Positions 25,351-39,205 of a DNA stretch of 64,000 bases are shown here, piece by piece. How positions within the stretch are numbered: the stretch's first letter is position 1; each line of letters opens with the position of its first letter. The stretch comes from Eledone cirrhosa (lineage: Eukaryota). The notes under the pieces are model-generated. The model saw only the letters and a list, made by a program, of their open reading frames with translations. It did no database searches and had not been told where the DNA came from. A program made the translations under genes and the position numbers. The DNA lies in contig OZ024740.1 of the NCBI GenBank assembly GCA_964016885.1, positions 171,492,001 to 171,556,000 of the forward strand, written 5' to 3'.

Positions 25351-26096
25351 AGGATAAAAAATTATCACAATACACCTGCTGATTTTTTCTCCGTTTGATT
25401 TGGAACTTTCCCTGTATAAACTTGATTAGTTTAAACTAAAAATAATTTCCTTATTCATCCAATCATTGAGTATTTTACATCAGAAAATAGCACCCCTCCC
25501 TGGTTGACTACGAATGTGAAATGTAGACTTACGGCACGCTTTGACTTAGACATTGTAATGTCACAGCTAGAGTTGTAGTTAGGGGGCAAGGGGCTAACGA
25601 AAGATTCTTATATCAAATTATGTTGGGTAATTTATTATTTAAATAATCTTTGAAATTGGTGATTCTGTTCCATAGAACCAGAAGTGGTTTGGGCTATGTT
25701 AGTACCAAAAAGCTTAAGTAGAATAAAGTATCCTTTTGTATTTTAGATGGTAGAGTAGAAATTGAGGGAAGTTTGGTTGTTATTTCTTGTAGGTGAAGCA
25801 GTCACCTAGAGATTCCTTTGAAATTAAAATTTTTCCAGAGTAAATAATTGAAGATTGATGCATATAAGAAATAAAATGAATTCAACCCTATGAGTTGATA
25901 TTCATCCACTAGATTTCGTTTTTTCTATATAGGCATATTATATAACTTGCCCCAGTTTATCTATCTGGGTGTTTACTGGAAAGAAAAGCATTCAATTGTA
26001 TAAGCATTTTTCCAACACTAATATCTGTTTTCAAAATCCATGTTTGTACAGGAAAAGTTATTTTATTTGTAAAACTTTTTTCTTTTTCTATTTCAG

Positions 26097-26561
26097 TCTG
26101 GTCCACTGGAGAAAGTTTTTATGCCCAAGGAAAAATCATATGCATTTGTTCAATTTAAGCACACAGAATCTATTCCTTACACACTACAGATCTATGAAGG
26201 AGTTTCACTATTTGGCAAAGTTTTATCTCTTCGAGCTCGTCAGCCACGCTTTAACAGTAATCAACCAGAAGAAATCCCACCAAGAGATGTAAGTCGAGGT
26301 AATAGTCCACACAGAAACCCTAGCAATCGATCAGCAGGTGGTTATTATAATCAGCCATCTAATTATGATAATAGATATCTAAGCCAAAATGCTGGCTACA
26401 CACACCATCAGAACTTGCCTAACATGATGCCAGATAACAATCGCCATGAACATAGGCATCACAGACATGACCTTATGCCTATGGATTCTGGCAGAAGTCA
26501 CCGAGGATCAGGCTTTAGAAATAGCTCCACTTACAGACATGACCCATATAGAAGATATTGA
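26097..26561 (+). CDS. RBM7: RBM7/RBM11-like RRM protein, exon 2 (last coding exon)
   Basis: ctatttcAG|SGPLEKVFMPKEKSYAFVQFKHTESIPYTLQIYEGVSLFGKVLSLR, with RNP1 and the RBM7-type KH..S.PY motif. Low-complexity R/H/N tail. Total 182 aa. Confidence 0.9.
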   Translation, partial: SGPLEKVFMPKEKSYAFVQFKHTESIPYTLQIYEGVSLFGKVLSLRARQPRFNSNQPEEIPPRDVSRGNSPHRNPSNRSAGGYYNQPSNYDNRYLSQNAGYTHHQNLPNMMPDNNRHEHRHHRHDLMPMDSGRSHRGSGFRNSSTYRHDPYRRY

Positions 26562-28640
26562 TTAAACGAGTCCTCCTATCTTTAAAAGTGATGTTTTTTT
26601 TTCAATACACTACATAGGTTAATTCCATTTTTTTTTTTCAAAGCTATCTCTAAAATTTAAAGATAGCAAGAAATTTATTATTTTTTATATATGCATATAT
26701 ATATTCAACTTTGTTGAAATATTTTTATCAGTTCAAGTTTGTGTATTCATAACTTGTAAATCTATTCTCTTCATAGCTATGTGTATGTGTGGATGAACGT
26801 GTCTATATGTTCTATCTTTCAATGTAAAGGTGTTTTGTAGGAATTTTTCAAATGCGCAGGAAACCGTTTTTATTCTAAGAATAAAATACATGACCTACAC
26901 CTATGTTATATATTTCCTACCTTTCCATACCCTATTTTTCATATTCTCAGTACTATCTGAACCCAACCTCCAGCACATTATTTTCCTCTCAGACAAATTG
27001 TCAGTTCAAAAACATCAGACACCTCTATTGTTTTCAAAAGTATCATGTTACCTTGGAAGTGAAGTAATATATAATTTTTGCTTATACATATTTTTAATTA
27101 AATTTGATTTGTTTTCAGGAATACAACTTTGTTAGTTGTATGTCAATCCTCCAATCAGATTCACCTTATCGACAAATTTTTAACTTATCAACAAAAATGT
27201 TTAGTTTCTTATTTCACTGCAAGGCTACAAATTTACAAGGAATTTGTCTGATGTTCATGCTTTTCTCAAGTGAGTTGATTTCAATTGAAACTGAGTAATG
27301 GAGTTTGTTTACTTATTGCTTTATACAATTCATCACACAAACTATTTTTTTTTACTAGTTATGCAATCTCAGATTTATAAAAAGAAAAAATGGAGCATTG
27401 TGATGAAAAAATTCTAACCATTGTATGATATTGTCTTATATTTGCACAAAGCCATATATTTATAGTGATGGATATACTTGTATGTATGGACCCATAACAC
27501 CTGATGGACTTGTAAGGGTGTTGCCATGGGACAATTTAAACCTGGCGAAGCCCCTCTCCAGGAAGGGTATACTTGATTGAAGCTTTATCAGGGTCTGATT
27601 GGATCTTTTATTTATATCCTATTTTGGAGAAATGAAAAGCAAAGTATACCCTGGCATTTGAAATTAGAATGTAGATTTTCAAGATGAAAATGTTTAGTCT
27701 CATGATGAGTGATGCATGTTGCTTCATGATATAAGAAAGAGCAGAATGATGGAATTACAAATAAGATGAGTGACGGTGATGGTAGATATCCGTGTAGTCA
27801 TGAGTGAGGAGAGTGAATGGTGGTTGTTGTAAACACGGATGATGGTAAGAGTTATTAGGTATGGAGAGATTCAGTATTTCCCTTGTTATGGAGGTGTCAT
27901 GATGGGAGGGATCAAACATGGATAAATTAAATGCCATTCCTCTTTACATAGCTGGCATGGAATAGTAAATAAGAAATAAAGCAGTGATCTAACAGGAGTA
28001 CAATTGGTGAGATAACTAGTATAGATATATTATATCTTCATACATACTCATAACAGAACATATCTGATACATTTAACTACATGATAAGCATTTGCTACAC
28101 ATTCAGATTCTATCATTCTATGAGGATATACTGGATATAGACATGACTGGCTTTCAATGCTCCTATCTCTACTAGTATCACCCACCAAAATATAGAATAC
28201 ACAAATGAAGATTTCAGTAAACTCAACTTTGATTTTTGGTGTATTTCACATAGATAACAAAATCAATCTGGAATAGTTCTCATAAATCATTATTCCATTG
28301 AAGTGTGGTGGATTGGTAGGGTTGTTAGAGCATCAGAAAAATACTTTGCAGCTCACATTTTACTGAGGTCAACTTTGCAAGTCATCCTGGGATTAATAAA
28401 ATACAAGTGGAGTACAGGAGTTGATTTATCGACTTTCTGCTTGCCAAGTAACTTAACATATGGTTCTTGTATAAAATTATATTGAAAAAAAAATTGTCAT
28501 TGGACCAGGTTGGCATCAAAACACTGAAATTTATAATTTTTGACGCTATACATAACTTTTCAGTATAAATAAAAAAGCCCATGCTTAGAATGAATAAGTA
28601 TTTTAATTTTTCACCGACGATAAGTGTACAAACATTACAA

Positions 28641-28721
28641 TCATGAATTGATTGTAGATTTATATACAAGGATTTCTTTCTGAATTAAATCTGGAATTTC
28701 AACAGCAAGCCATGGTCCCAA
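28641..28721 (-). CDS. UFC1: UFC1 (UFM1-conjugating enzyme) exon 5
   Basis: ttttcAG|LGPWLAVEIPDLIQKEILVYKSTINS*. Confidence 0.95.
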   Translation of the reverse strand: MGPWLAVEIPDLIQKEILVYKSTINS

Positions 28722-28849
28722 CTGAAAATAAAAAGTTGATTGCTATTATTTCAGTGTATAAATGTTGGTTTGTTTTCGTCATACATTCTATAATTTATTA
28801 TTTAAAAAAATATATCTCACAAATATGATCAACCTTTTCGTTACTCTAT

Positions 28850-30656
28850 TTCCAATAGAAGGACCAGCAGTGCAAGTTGAAGGTAGTATAATAAGTAAGG
28901 CAATCAAAGATATGAAGACAGGCAAGGCAGCTGGGTCTTTGGAGATAATTGCTGTAGTTCACACCATGGACACCCGGATAGTAAACCAAGTCATACCAAA
29001 TGACTGGCGTAGCAGCATCATCATTAACTGCTACAAGGGTAAAGGAGATGCACTAGATAGAGGAAACTATAGAGGCATTAAATTAATTGACCAGGTCATG
29101 AAGGTCACAGAAAAAGTTATAGCGCAACTAATCAGAGCAAATTGAAATGCAGTTTGGTTTTGTGTCAGGTAAAAGTACCACAACTACAGGAGAAGTACTT
29201 AGCTAAAAGTAAGCCCCTATACTTAGCTTTTGTTGACTTGGAGAAATCATTTGACAGAGTCCCCCGCGCCATTATCTGGTGGGCGCTTAGAAAACTAGGG
29301 GTTGATGAATGGCTTGATAGCTATACAAGCCATGTATAAAGAAACAGTCAGCAAGGTTAGAATTAACGAATATAGTGAAGAATTTAGCGTAAAAGTTGGT
29401 GTCCATCAGGGCTCTGTCCTTAGCCCTTTAGGCTATAGCAGAGGAGTTCAAGATCAGCTACCCATGAGAACTTCTCTATGCAGATGATCTAACGCTCATA
29501 GCTGAATGAACTGGAGAAGAAATTCCAAACATGGAAGCATGGCCTAGAATCAAAAGGCCTAAAATTTCTAGTATGTAGGAAGGAAAATAGGGTACAGATC
29601 CCTTCTGGGAAATGGCCAGGCTCAGTGTGTAGGAAAGGAGTAGGCAGAAATTCCAATTTATGTCCCAAATGCAAAGTATGGGTGCATAAAAGATGTGGGA
29701 TCACAGGTAAGCTATCTAAGAATGTAGATTTTATATGTGGCTGGTGCTCAGGTGCAATAAGTAGCAAGCGCCCACAGGATTCTAGTTCCTTCTATTGCCC
29801 AGATGGCTCTATAGAAATAGTGGACACCTTCCGTTACCTAGGTGACAAAATCAGCAGTTGTGGAGGGTGCTCCGAAAGTACAGTAGCCAGAGTCAGAACA
29901 GGTTGGAAAATGTTCAGAGAGCTTATACCACTATTGGCCACTAAAGGTTTCTCTCTAAAAATGAAAGGCAGACTTTGATGCCTGCATATGAACAGCAATG
30001 TTACATGGCAGTGAGACGGGCATTGTGTGCAGACTGGAGAGGAACGAAGCATGCATGCTCCACTGGATGTGTAATATACGTGAACATCATAGTATAAAGG
30101 AACTAAGTGAGAAATTAGGTATAAGAGGGATCAGATGCTGTTTACTCGAGAGAAGACAACGTTGGTATGATCACATGATGCGCATGAAAGACAGCTGTAC
30201 AAAAAAGTGCATGGCGATCAAAATTGACGGAGTAGGCAGACTCAGAAAAACCTGGGACGATTTGATAAATTCCGACCTTACACACACCTCTCTAAGACAA
30301 TGTCGCTATGCAGTAATACAGAAAACCCGCCTTACCTAAAGTCAGTAGACACCTCTTAATCAAATATACACCCCCTCCCCCAATCTCTGTAAAGTTATGT
30401 TGGTACCACAACATCCAGTCCTAAATAAATGAGGTCATGTAGGTGTCGCGACAAAAAAAAAAAACACAGTCCACGCAGTAATGTGACCATGTACGTAACA
30501 TGGTAAAAAACCTCCCAGTCCACACTGTAAACGTGGTTGGTGTTAGGAAGGGCATCCAGCCCCATACGAGCGAGACAACCAATCTTGCCTCAAGTGGGAC
30601 AATTCCCGTCTAAACCCATGCTAGCATGGAAGATAGACGTTAAACGATGATGATTT
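28850..30656 (+). mobile_element. Decayed RTE LINE (RT, zinc finger, 3'UTR)
   Basis: Frameshifted ORFs 28762..30339 are colinear with the 661-aa RTE ORF. Ends in a (GAT)n tail. Confidence 0.92.
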
Positions 30657-30857
30657 CTGATGAAAGACAATACCTGTGATTTTCAAATGATTTAGAAAAT
30701 AATATAGAATCTGGAAGGATTTAGTAATGTAACTCAGTTTCTCGTTAAGCTGGTGTTTGGAGCATACCTTAACGTTTCTAATATAGAATTGTGATGAAAG
30801 GTTTTTAGATAAATACAAACACTTTAAAATAAACAGCTTTATTTAAAACAAAACAAA

Positions 30858-31082
30858 AGCACCCAGCTCACTGTAAAGTGGACGTGTAGGCGCCACGGAA
30901 AAAAAGCACCCAGCACACTATAAATGAGGTTGGTGTTATGAAGGGCATTCAGCTGTAGAAATCAAGCCAAAATCAGTTCCCGTATGAGCAAGACAAGGTC
31001 AGTCGACCGGACACTGCCCACAGCAGGACAACCCGTCTAACCCATGCTAGCGTGGAAGAACATGTAAAATGGTGATGATGAT
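30858..31082 (+). mobile_element. Solo RTE 3' end
   Basis: Near reverse complement of 18442-18650. Confidence 0.82.
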
Positions 31083-31199
31083 TTCATTGAACCAAAGGCA
31101 TTTATTATCAAAAGGGTTAATGAAGCAACAAAAAATGTTTTAAGGCCATTTTCCCTACTAAAGCAGGGTTTAGCCTTGTAGGCCACATTACAAGCTTCT

Positions 31200-32110
31200 C
31201 TATTTTGCCTTATCTGTATCCTCCATCATCTCTAATGTCTTTCTCATCATTTCCCTCAGTCCATAATATTCTCTGCTATTAATATCAGATCAACTGCATA
31301 CTATAATTCTCATGGTAAACCCTCCTTTACACTTAGGTTAGTAACCTCAATTACAAGCTTGTCACTATTCTTGTCTGTCTTCATTAATCTAACCAACCAT
31401 TTCTCCACTCCTAACTTTCTCAATGCCCATGTTTCTACTTTGCATAAGCCACCGAACTCTATCAAAAGCTTTTTCCAGATCAACAAATTTTTCCTATTGT
31501 CCCTGTACTTCTGCAACTGCCTTACAATAAAACATTCCTCTTCCTAGCACAAATCCAAACTGAATTTCACCAATCTTCATTTTTTTCTTGCCCTCTTCTC
31601 TAACATTCTTTACATTACCTTCATTCCATATTCCAGTAGCTTAATTGCTCTACATGAGTCACAGCCTAGAGGATTGCATTTCCCCTTAGTATAGAAGGAT
31701 GAAAACATTCAACTCCAAATCTACTGGATTATGGTCTTCTTTCACCACCAACCTATAAATCTCTGTCATCTTCACATCACAACTCCCCGTTGACCCTCCT
31801 GCTTTTTCAATGCTTCACTTTCTTTCTCAGTTATCTCTTCTGCCAGTCTGAAAACTGGATTGCTCTTTATGTTGCCATCGTATTTATTCTCCAGATTCAA
31901 CAATCTCTACATATAATGTCCACCTTTCCTAAATTCAATGCGAGTTAATGATTTCTCCCACTTCATCCTTAAAAAAGTTCACCCCTGTCACATCACATCC
32001 TTCTCTTGCTAAATACCTTGCAAACCTAAACACCTCTCTGACACTGCTCTTTATTCATAAAGATTTTTCTATATGCCTCCTGTGTTCTTGCAGCCCTCTT
32101 GGCTGCCTTA
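31200..32110 (-). mobile_element. Highly decayed RTE LINE
   Basis: Fragments WALRKLGVEKWLVR and RQLQKY, plus a QFGFV-like segment. Confidence 0.65.
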
Positions 32111-32397
32111 TAATTCCGATGACCTGCATATCATTCATTTTTCTAAATAATTTAAACAGTATTTTTCTGACATTGTCTAAAATGACATAGCCTTGTATGT
32201 AAAGAACACAGGCGAATGTTGACATTAATAAAATTCTGGTTGTGTTCAATTTTGCTCAGAATCTACACTAAAACTTTTCATTTTAACCATCCAACTTATG
32301 CCAGCATGGAAAGCAAATGTAAAATGATTACAGCAAATTTTTAGTATAGTAATTTAATTATTTCACTTCATGACGTATTATTTTATAGAAGGGTGAT

Positions 32398-32582
32398 GGA
32401 TTTGGTAGTATCGGTAGAGCGTCGGACACCGTGTTTTGCAACACAGAGTTATGACCCTTCACGTTCCGAGTTCAAATCCTGCCAGGGTTAACTTTGCCTT
32501 TCATCCTTACGGGGTCGATAAAATAAAGTACCAGTAATGCACTGGGGAAATTGCTGGCCTTGTGCCAAAAGTAGAAACAATT
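32398..32582 (+). mobile_element. MetaSINE-type tRNA-derived SINE
   Basis: A and B boxes plus the gcctttcatccttacggggtcgataaaataaagtaccag core. Confidence 0.88.
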
Positions 32583-32812
32583 ATTTTAGACTCCAGAGAG
32601 ATGAAAGTTAAATCCTGTTAAGCATCTTAGTCTTGCATTCAACAATTTATGCCACGTTTGATTTTAACCCTTTTGTTACTATATTTCTAATGAAAGATGC
32701 TGTATATGATTTTCTTGGAAGAGTTTTAGATAAATATAAACAGTTTTGTATCATAGAACTAAGAGCTTTTTCAGCCAGCTTAATATCAGAAGAGTTAAAC
32801 ATTGATACTTAC

Positions 32813-32903
32813 CCCAAGTGCCATTGCATGGGCAATACCAAATTTAGGCACATTTCTTGCCCAAAGAGGCTTAAAATGATCAGTCAAGCAAATTTTCCCA
32901 CCT
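32813..32903 (-). CDS. UFC1: UFC1 exon 4 (catalytic Cys)
   Basis: tttacAG|[31 protein letters not shown]|GTaagt. Confidence 0.97.
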
Positions 32904-33044
32904 CTGTAAAGAAGAAATAAGAATGATACATTATAAAAAGCTACCTAATTTTAAACAATAGTTTTTTAATGCAGCAATATTTAATTGGCATCTGTATTTA
33001 AATTATTTTAGAAGTTTCACTATACAAATCCAATAATGGAATTA

Positions 33045-33949
33045 TCTATATATATAACTGAGGATGTCTGTCTGTGTGTGAGTTTGAATCCCTAAAACTC
33101 GAGAACCACCCAACCGACTGTTTTCAAACTTTACACATGTAATACTTGTTTCAGGGAGTGTTCTGAGCAAAAACAATTTCAAATTTTCAATGCCCTAGGG
33201 ACTGCATTAGGCGATTTAGCGATCTCTCTCTATAATTCTTAGTCTTTCTCTTTTTAGATAGATACATACATATAACGACGCGACCTTATAATATGTCTGT
33301 ATGTCTGACTGTCTGCATTACGTCACTTCCCTGAGGATGGATGTCTGTGTGTGTGTGTGTCTGTGAGTTTGAATCCCTAAAACTTGAGAAGAACCCAACC
33401 GATTTTTTTCAAACTTTACATGTGTATTACTTATGTTTCAGGGAGTGTTATGCACATAAAAAATTCAACTTTTTGATCTCCTAGGGCCCACATTAGGTGA
33501 AAAACTGCGTTTTTTCAGGTTTTTAGGGTTTTTTTGAGTCGTTACACCAGACTGATTTCCTTGAAATTGTAACTATGTATTAGTCTCTTCTTCATACCAT
33601 GAGCTAAGAAAATCCAACTTTTTTATGGCCTAGGGCCCGCATTAGGTGAAAAACTTCATTTTTTTCAGCTTTTTTGAGGCGTTATGTCTAGCTGATTTTC
33701 CCGAAATTTCAAGGCATATTATGCACATAAAAAAAATTCATTTTCTTGATCCCCTAGGGCCGGCATTAGGTGAAAACCTGCATTTTTCCTGCTTCATTGA
33801 GGAAAATCTTAAAGATTATCCAGCCATCAGGGGATTCGGTTTATTTTCTTTACATATTGTCCAGGTATGCAGTTTTTCCACGATTAGGTCTGTTGGCGGC
33901 CCACCTTCCAAAATACCTTATCCCGTGCAACGCCGGGTACCACTGCTAG
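33045..33949 (+). mobile_element. Non-autonomous Helitron
   Basis: Starts with 5'-TC and ends with the hairpin cccg-tgcaacgc-cggg followed by CTAG. Inserted between A and T with no TSD. A second copy lies at 54448-55413. Confidence 0.88.
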
Positions 33950-34030
33950 TAAGGGATAATCTAAGAGAAATGTAGTTTGGTTTGTTCACTATACAGATGT
34001 AATGATGGAATTATGAGGGAGCCTCTACAG

Positions 34031-34372
34031 CAATGGTTCTCAAACCTGTTTTTATTCATGCCACACTTTAGAACAAGTAAAAATATTTTGGTACAATTCG
34101 TACCTAAATTTAGAAATTTATACAAATTAGCATACAGTAGAAATATACATAATTAAAATTACAAAAGTTATTCATACATTCTTTAATCAATAAATGGAGC
34201 AAAGTTATCAATGAGAAACATTACACTTGGCGTTTTTTGGCAATGTTTTCATTCATAGTTAAGTTGTTTACCACGTCGGCAGCTATATAAAAACTATTAC
34301 GAATTTCAATTTGTATTTTTCACATTTTGATATAGAATCTTGCTCTTTTATGGTGCAGTTTGAGAACCACTG
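34031..34372. mobile_element. hAT (Charlie-like) MITE
   Basis: TIRs caatggttctcaaac / gtttgagaaccactg, with an 8-bp TSD ctctacag / ctctacaa. Confidence 0.8.
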
Positions 34373-34639
34373 CTCTACAAGGTCACTAAGCTGCTAGAAA
34401 TAGCAGTCAAATTATATCATACTATATTAGGACAAAATGTCACGGTCCAAGACTAGATAGGTCACAGAACCTTGTTTTGCTCATACATTCCATTTTTGGC
34501 AAGGTTTCTAAAGTTGGATGCCATTTCTAATGTCAACCACTTTTCAAAGTGTACTCGTAACAAATGTAAGAATGTTTTTTTTTATGACTTAGAGAGGGAA
34601 AGGTAGCATCCAAGACCCTTCATTTCCCAAAACAGAAAC

Positions 34640-36010
34640 CTAATCTGAATACTTAGAACTAAATGAACTAAATTCATCAAAGCTGGAGGTGAACCAATTA
34701 TCAAAGCACTTCAACATCTTTTTAACTGTATCATTACTACAGGAAAAAGCCCAGACATGTTCAAGAAAGCATTGATAGTTGTACTCTACAAAAAAAGTAG
34801 CAGACTTGATTGTGGGAACTATCGTCCTATCAGCCTATTGAGTCACCTTTACAAGCTTTTCATGAGTATCATTGTAGCACGAGTGAAGTCAGACCTTTAC
34901 ACCTCATTTCCTGAAACACAAGCTGCGTATCAACCTGGAAGAGGTACCATTGAGCAGATCCTAGCTATTGAACAAGTCACTGAGAAATCAATAGAATTCA
35001 ACAACCCTGTGCACATCACCTTCATTGACTTCACAAAAGTTTTTGACAACGTGAAATTACCCAGCTTGTGGCAACTCTTAAACAAGACCTCAATTAACAA
35101 AAAATACATCAACCTACTGAAAGAAACTTACACCAACTCAACAGCATATATCAAAACAGATTTTGGGAACTACACGGTCTTGAAGGGAGTTAAGCAGGGG
35201 GATGTACTATCAGCACTTCTTTTCTGTATAGTTATAGCTGCACTTATCTACCAAACTAAAGAGGAATGCTCCTCTGGCTATCAAATCTTAGCTATGAGGA
35301 CAATCTGGCCATCATGAGTTACTCTAGAATTGATCTGCAAGAACTGAATATACTGGCCAAACATTTGCATCAACACTTCCAAAACAAAATGTATGTCAAC
35401 TGATAAAAACAATGCCAATCTCGAACTCACAATCTACAAACAGCAAATTGCTCAAGTTATGGAGTTTGTATATCTCGGTCACAAACTATCAAACAACAAT
35501 GGAATAGTTGCTGCACAGTATCACATCGCTCTAGGTTGGGCAGCTTTCAACAAGAACAAGGAAGTACTAACATCAAAATGAGTTTCCTATCATTTGAAGG
35601 TTAAGATCTTTGATACTTACATTCTACCAGTTGTTATATGGTCTTGACTGTGTTAATTGGACGACAAGGTCACTTCAGGAGCTCTTTACATTCTACAACC
35701 ACATCATGAGACTTATGACTAGCAAGCGGCTCAGCGACCGTATCTGTATCAGTGAGTTGCTCAAGATTACCAAACTTAGACCAATTACATCAATTGTCAA
35801 GTCAAAAGTACTCAACCTATATGGTCATATAAAAAAAATCAACTCGTGGTGTAAGTAGGTTATGCTTGGAAGGAAGGTTGGCTGGTAAGAGAAGCAGAGG
35901 CTGGCAGCCAAAACTGGCTTGATAATGTCAACTTATGGACTAGACTTGATCTTTGCTGCTGGTGATCGAACTTTGTGGGGAGAGATATCTCATGATGCGC
36001 AGTCTGCAAC
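34640..36010 (+). mobile_element. Decayed non-LTR retrotransposon RT (RTE-group)
   Basis: ORF 34757..35317 has NYRPISLLSHLYKLF, FIDFTKVFD and GVKQGDVLS. Downstream are EFVYLG and LYGHI. Confidence 0.85.
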
Positions 36011-36974
36011 TGGCGGAGTTTAAGTGTCACAAAAAAAAAATCTAAATGAACTCTGCTAAAGTTACTCAAGAGCCAGGCGGAAGTGTTAAACCAGAAAATG
36101 GATTACACCTACCACCCAAGTATTCAGAATGCAAAGAGCCAAAACAAATACCAAAAGGCATCTCATCTGATGCTTCAATAACTCCATCAATTCACCATTG
36201 GTACTTTAATTTATCAACCCCGAAAGGATGAAAGGCAAATTTGAACGGAGAATACAGAGAGCCAGAAGAAATACCTCAGGACATTTTGTTCTACACTAAC
36301 AATTCTGATGATAAATGAAAAAAATAGTGTTAGCATTAGAAGGTAGACAGCCAAATCAATATTAAATTATTAATATATGTATTGTTGGTGCCATGATAAA
36401 ATACACCCAGCATACTCTATAATGTACGTTAGTGTTGGAGTCATGATAAAATGCTCCCAGTACATATTGTACAGGTTGAGCATAGATATCACTCTAAGAT
36501 TGGGTGATTAGTGTTACCAAAATCATCAATGAAATTTTTCTCCAAGAATTTATTCTAATCTATTCAGACAAAAGAGCTGTAACAAGATATAGTTTAATAA
36601 CTTGGAATATTCTGAAATATTTTCATTTAATAATTAGGAAGGGCATCCAGTTGTAGAAAACCTGCCAGACAGTCCTATACGAGCAAGACAACCAATCTTG
36701 CCTCAAGTGGGACAATTCCCGTCTAAACCCATGCTAGCGTGGAAGATAGACATTAAACGATGATGATGATGATTTCTGATGAATTCTAGGTATTTATGAA
36801 AATTAATAAATTAAAAGAAAATGAAAATACAAGTGTTTTCGGGTGATTTTTTCCTGATAAAACATGGGTCAGCTATGCAAACCCTATTACATACTTTTAT
36901 ATTTTGCTCAATTATTTATATCCCTTCTACCTCATCATATCCCCATCCTGGCTTTCCTGTCTTCCTCCAAAAAT

Positions 36975-38050
36975 GGTTACGTATGTAGTGGGATCTCAGG
37001 TAGGTTAGCTAAAAACAGGTTTTGCATGTGGCCGTTGCACAGGAACAGACAGCCGCAAATGCTCTCAAGAAACAGGTGCTATCAAATTCTTGGAAAGTTC
37101 TGTAGAAGCAGTAGACAGCTGCTGTTACTTGGGTAACCAAATTAGCAGAGGAGGCTGGTGTTCCAAAAGTACAGTAACCAGAGTGAGAACGAGATAGAGA
37201 AAGTTCAAGGAGCTACTACTGTTGCTAATTACAAAAGGTTTTTCACTGAAAATAAAGGACAAATTGTATGGTGCGTGTATATGAGAAGCAATGTTGCATG
37301 GTAGTGTGGTCTGGCATTGTGTGCAGAGGTCCTGTGAAGATTCGAAAGAAATGAAGCTTGCATGCTTCAATGGATGTGTAATAATACATGAACTGCAAAG
37401 CATAAATGAATTGAGAGAGAAACTGAGCATAAGGGGGATCAGATGCATTGTGCAGGAGAGGAAATTGCATTGGTATGGATGTGATGCATATGAAGGATGA
37501 CAGCTGTGTAAAAAGGTGCAGGGCACTCAAAGTTGATGGAAGCTACCTCTATGGGAAGTACTACAGAAGACCCGTCTTCCCATGTGCATTAATTGAAACA
37601 TACATCTAATATGCACCACATTCCTCTACTTTACCCTCCACCTTCCATACACTTCCCATATCCTAACACTCTCTACTCCTCACCAGATATGTGTCCCACC
37701 CTAGATCTACCTCTCTCACCCCAGTCCCCGGTCCATACTGTAAAGTGGTTGTTTTGGTGCCACAACAAAAAGCACCCAGCCCACACTGTAAAGTGATCAT
37801 GTTGGTGGATTGACAAAAAGCGTCAAGTCAACACTGTAAAGTGGTTGTGTAGGTGTCATGCCAAAAAGCATCCAGTACACACTGTAAATGTGGTTGGTGT
37901 TAGGAAATGCATCCAGCCGTGGAAACCATTCCAGAATCAGTTCTGCATGAGTAAGATGCAGTCATCTGATCTGGCATGTCTCACAACAGGACAACTCATC
38001 TAACCCATGCTAGCATGGAAAAATGATGTTAAATGGTAATGATGATGATG
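36975..38050 (+). mobile_element. Decayed RTE LINE 3' part and 3'UTR
   Basis: MLHGS..INELREKLSIRGIRCIVQERKLHWYG, cacactgtaaa repeats and a (GAT)n tail. Confidence 0.85.
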
Positions 38051-38067
38051 AAAATCAAAAGACTCAC

Positions 38068-38144
38068 CTGTACATTTTTGAAGTTTTTCCATCAAGCTCA
38101 GGTAGAGTTATTTCTGGTGCTGTTGTTGGAAATGTTACAGGGAT
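38068..38144 (-). CDS. UFC1: UFC1 exon 3
   Basis: tttgcAG|[25 protein letters not shown](R)|GTgagt. Confidence 0.96.
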
Positions 38145-39205
38145 CTGCAAAAACAAGAGTCAACTTTACAACTAGATATTGAAAAATAGCTTAGCAGCAA
38201 ACTATTTCAGTAGGAATAATTTTTTTTTTAATTCCTTATAAATTCCCAGTTATTCTACCAAAAACTATACTGATGGTTTGTCAATCCTTTTGGTACCAAC
38301 CTGCCTGAAACTGTCTATGGTTCTATGATACATAACTGACCATTTTATCTAAGAACTTTTTGTTAAGTAACGTTCCAAACATGTTACTAATGAAAAATTT
38401 AGTTATTTTACTAAATATCCTAAATTCTTGATTAATTTAAAATGTAATTGAAGATCATAAGTAGTGTGTTGAATTAGAAATATGGTTGAAAAACAGTAAT
38501 TAAGGTCTTTTTATTAATTTCTTCATGACCACGAATGAAAGAGTTAAAGCAGTTGTGTCTAATTTTTTATAATAAAAGTGTTAAAGCAGTTGTGTCTAAT
38601 TTTTTTTAATTTACCAAGAATGAAATTGGGGTTGACCATTTTATTTACATTACTATTCCATTGTTAAATAATCATCATTTTATGTCTGCTTTCCATGGGT
38701 TGGATGGGTCAACATTTTTGATAGGGAATACACACAGCCAAGAATTCTAAGATTTTAAAAGAAATAGAACTCTGTAAAGTGGTTAGTAATAGGAAGAGTA
38801 TCTGGCTGTAGAAAACCTGCCAAACAAAATGTCAGGAAGGAATTTCCTAGTGTTGGTGCCACAATAAAATGCACTCAGTAAAGTCCTGGCCCACCTGGAG
38901 GTCAGAGGCTCTGTTTATAATAATAATAATAATAATGAAATTATTGTGTACAGTGCTCAGGTGCACTACAACTCATCAAAGGTGCATGTATAGTACATAG
39001 AATAATGTACAAATGTCAGGAAAATAAACAGTGTATGAGTCATGATATAATAACAATAACAAAATATTGTGCACAGTGCCCAGGTGCACCACAACTCATC
39101 AAAAAAGTGCATGTACAGTACATAGGGCAATGCACAAACATCAGTAAAATGAACAGTGCACGAGTCATGATACACACATGTGTGCATGTGTATGGAAGGG
39201 GTACA

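Noticed and set aside
26121-26561. Stand-alone 146-aa gene
   Set aside because: It lacks RNP2. It is exon 2 of the RBM7-like gene spliced from 13642.
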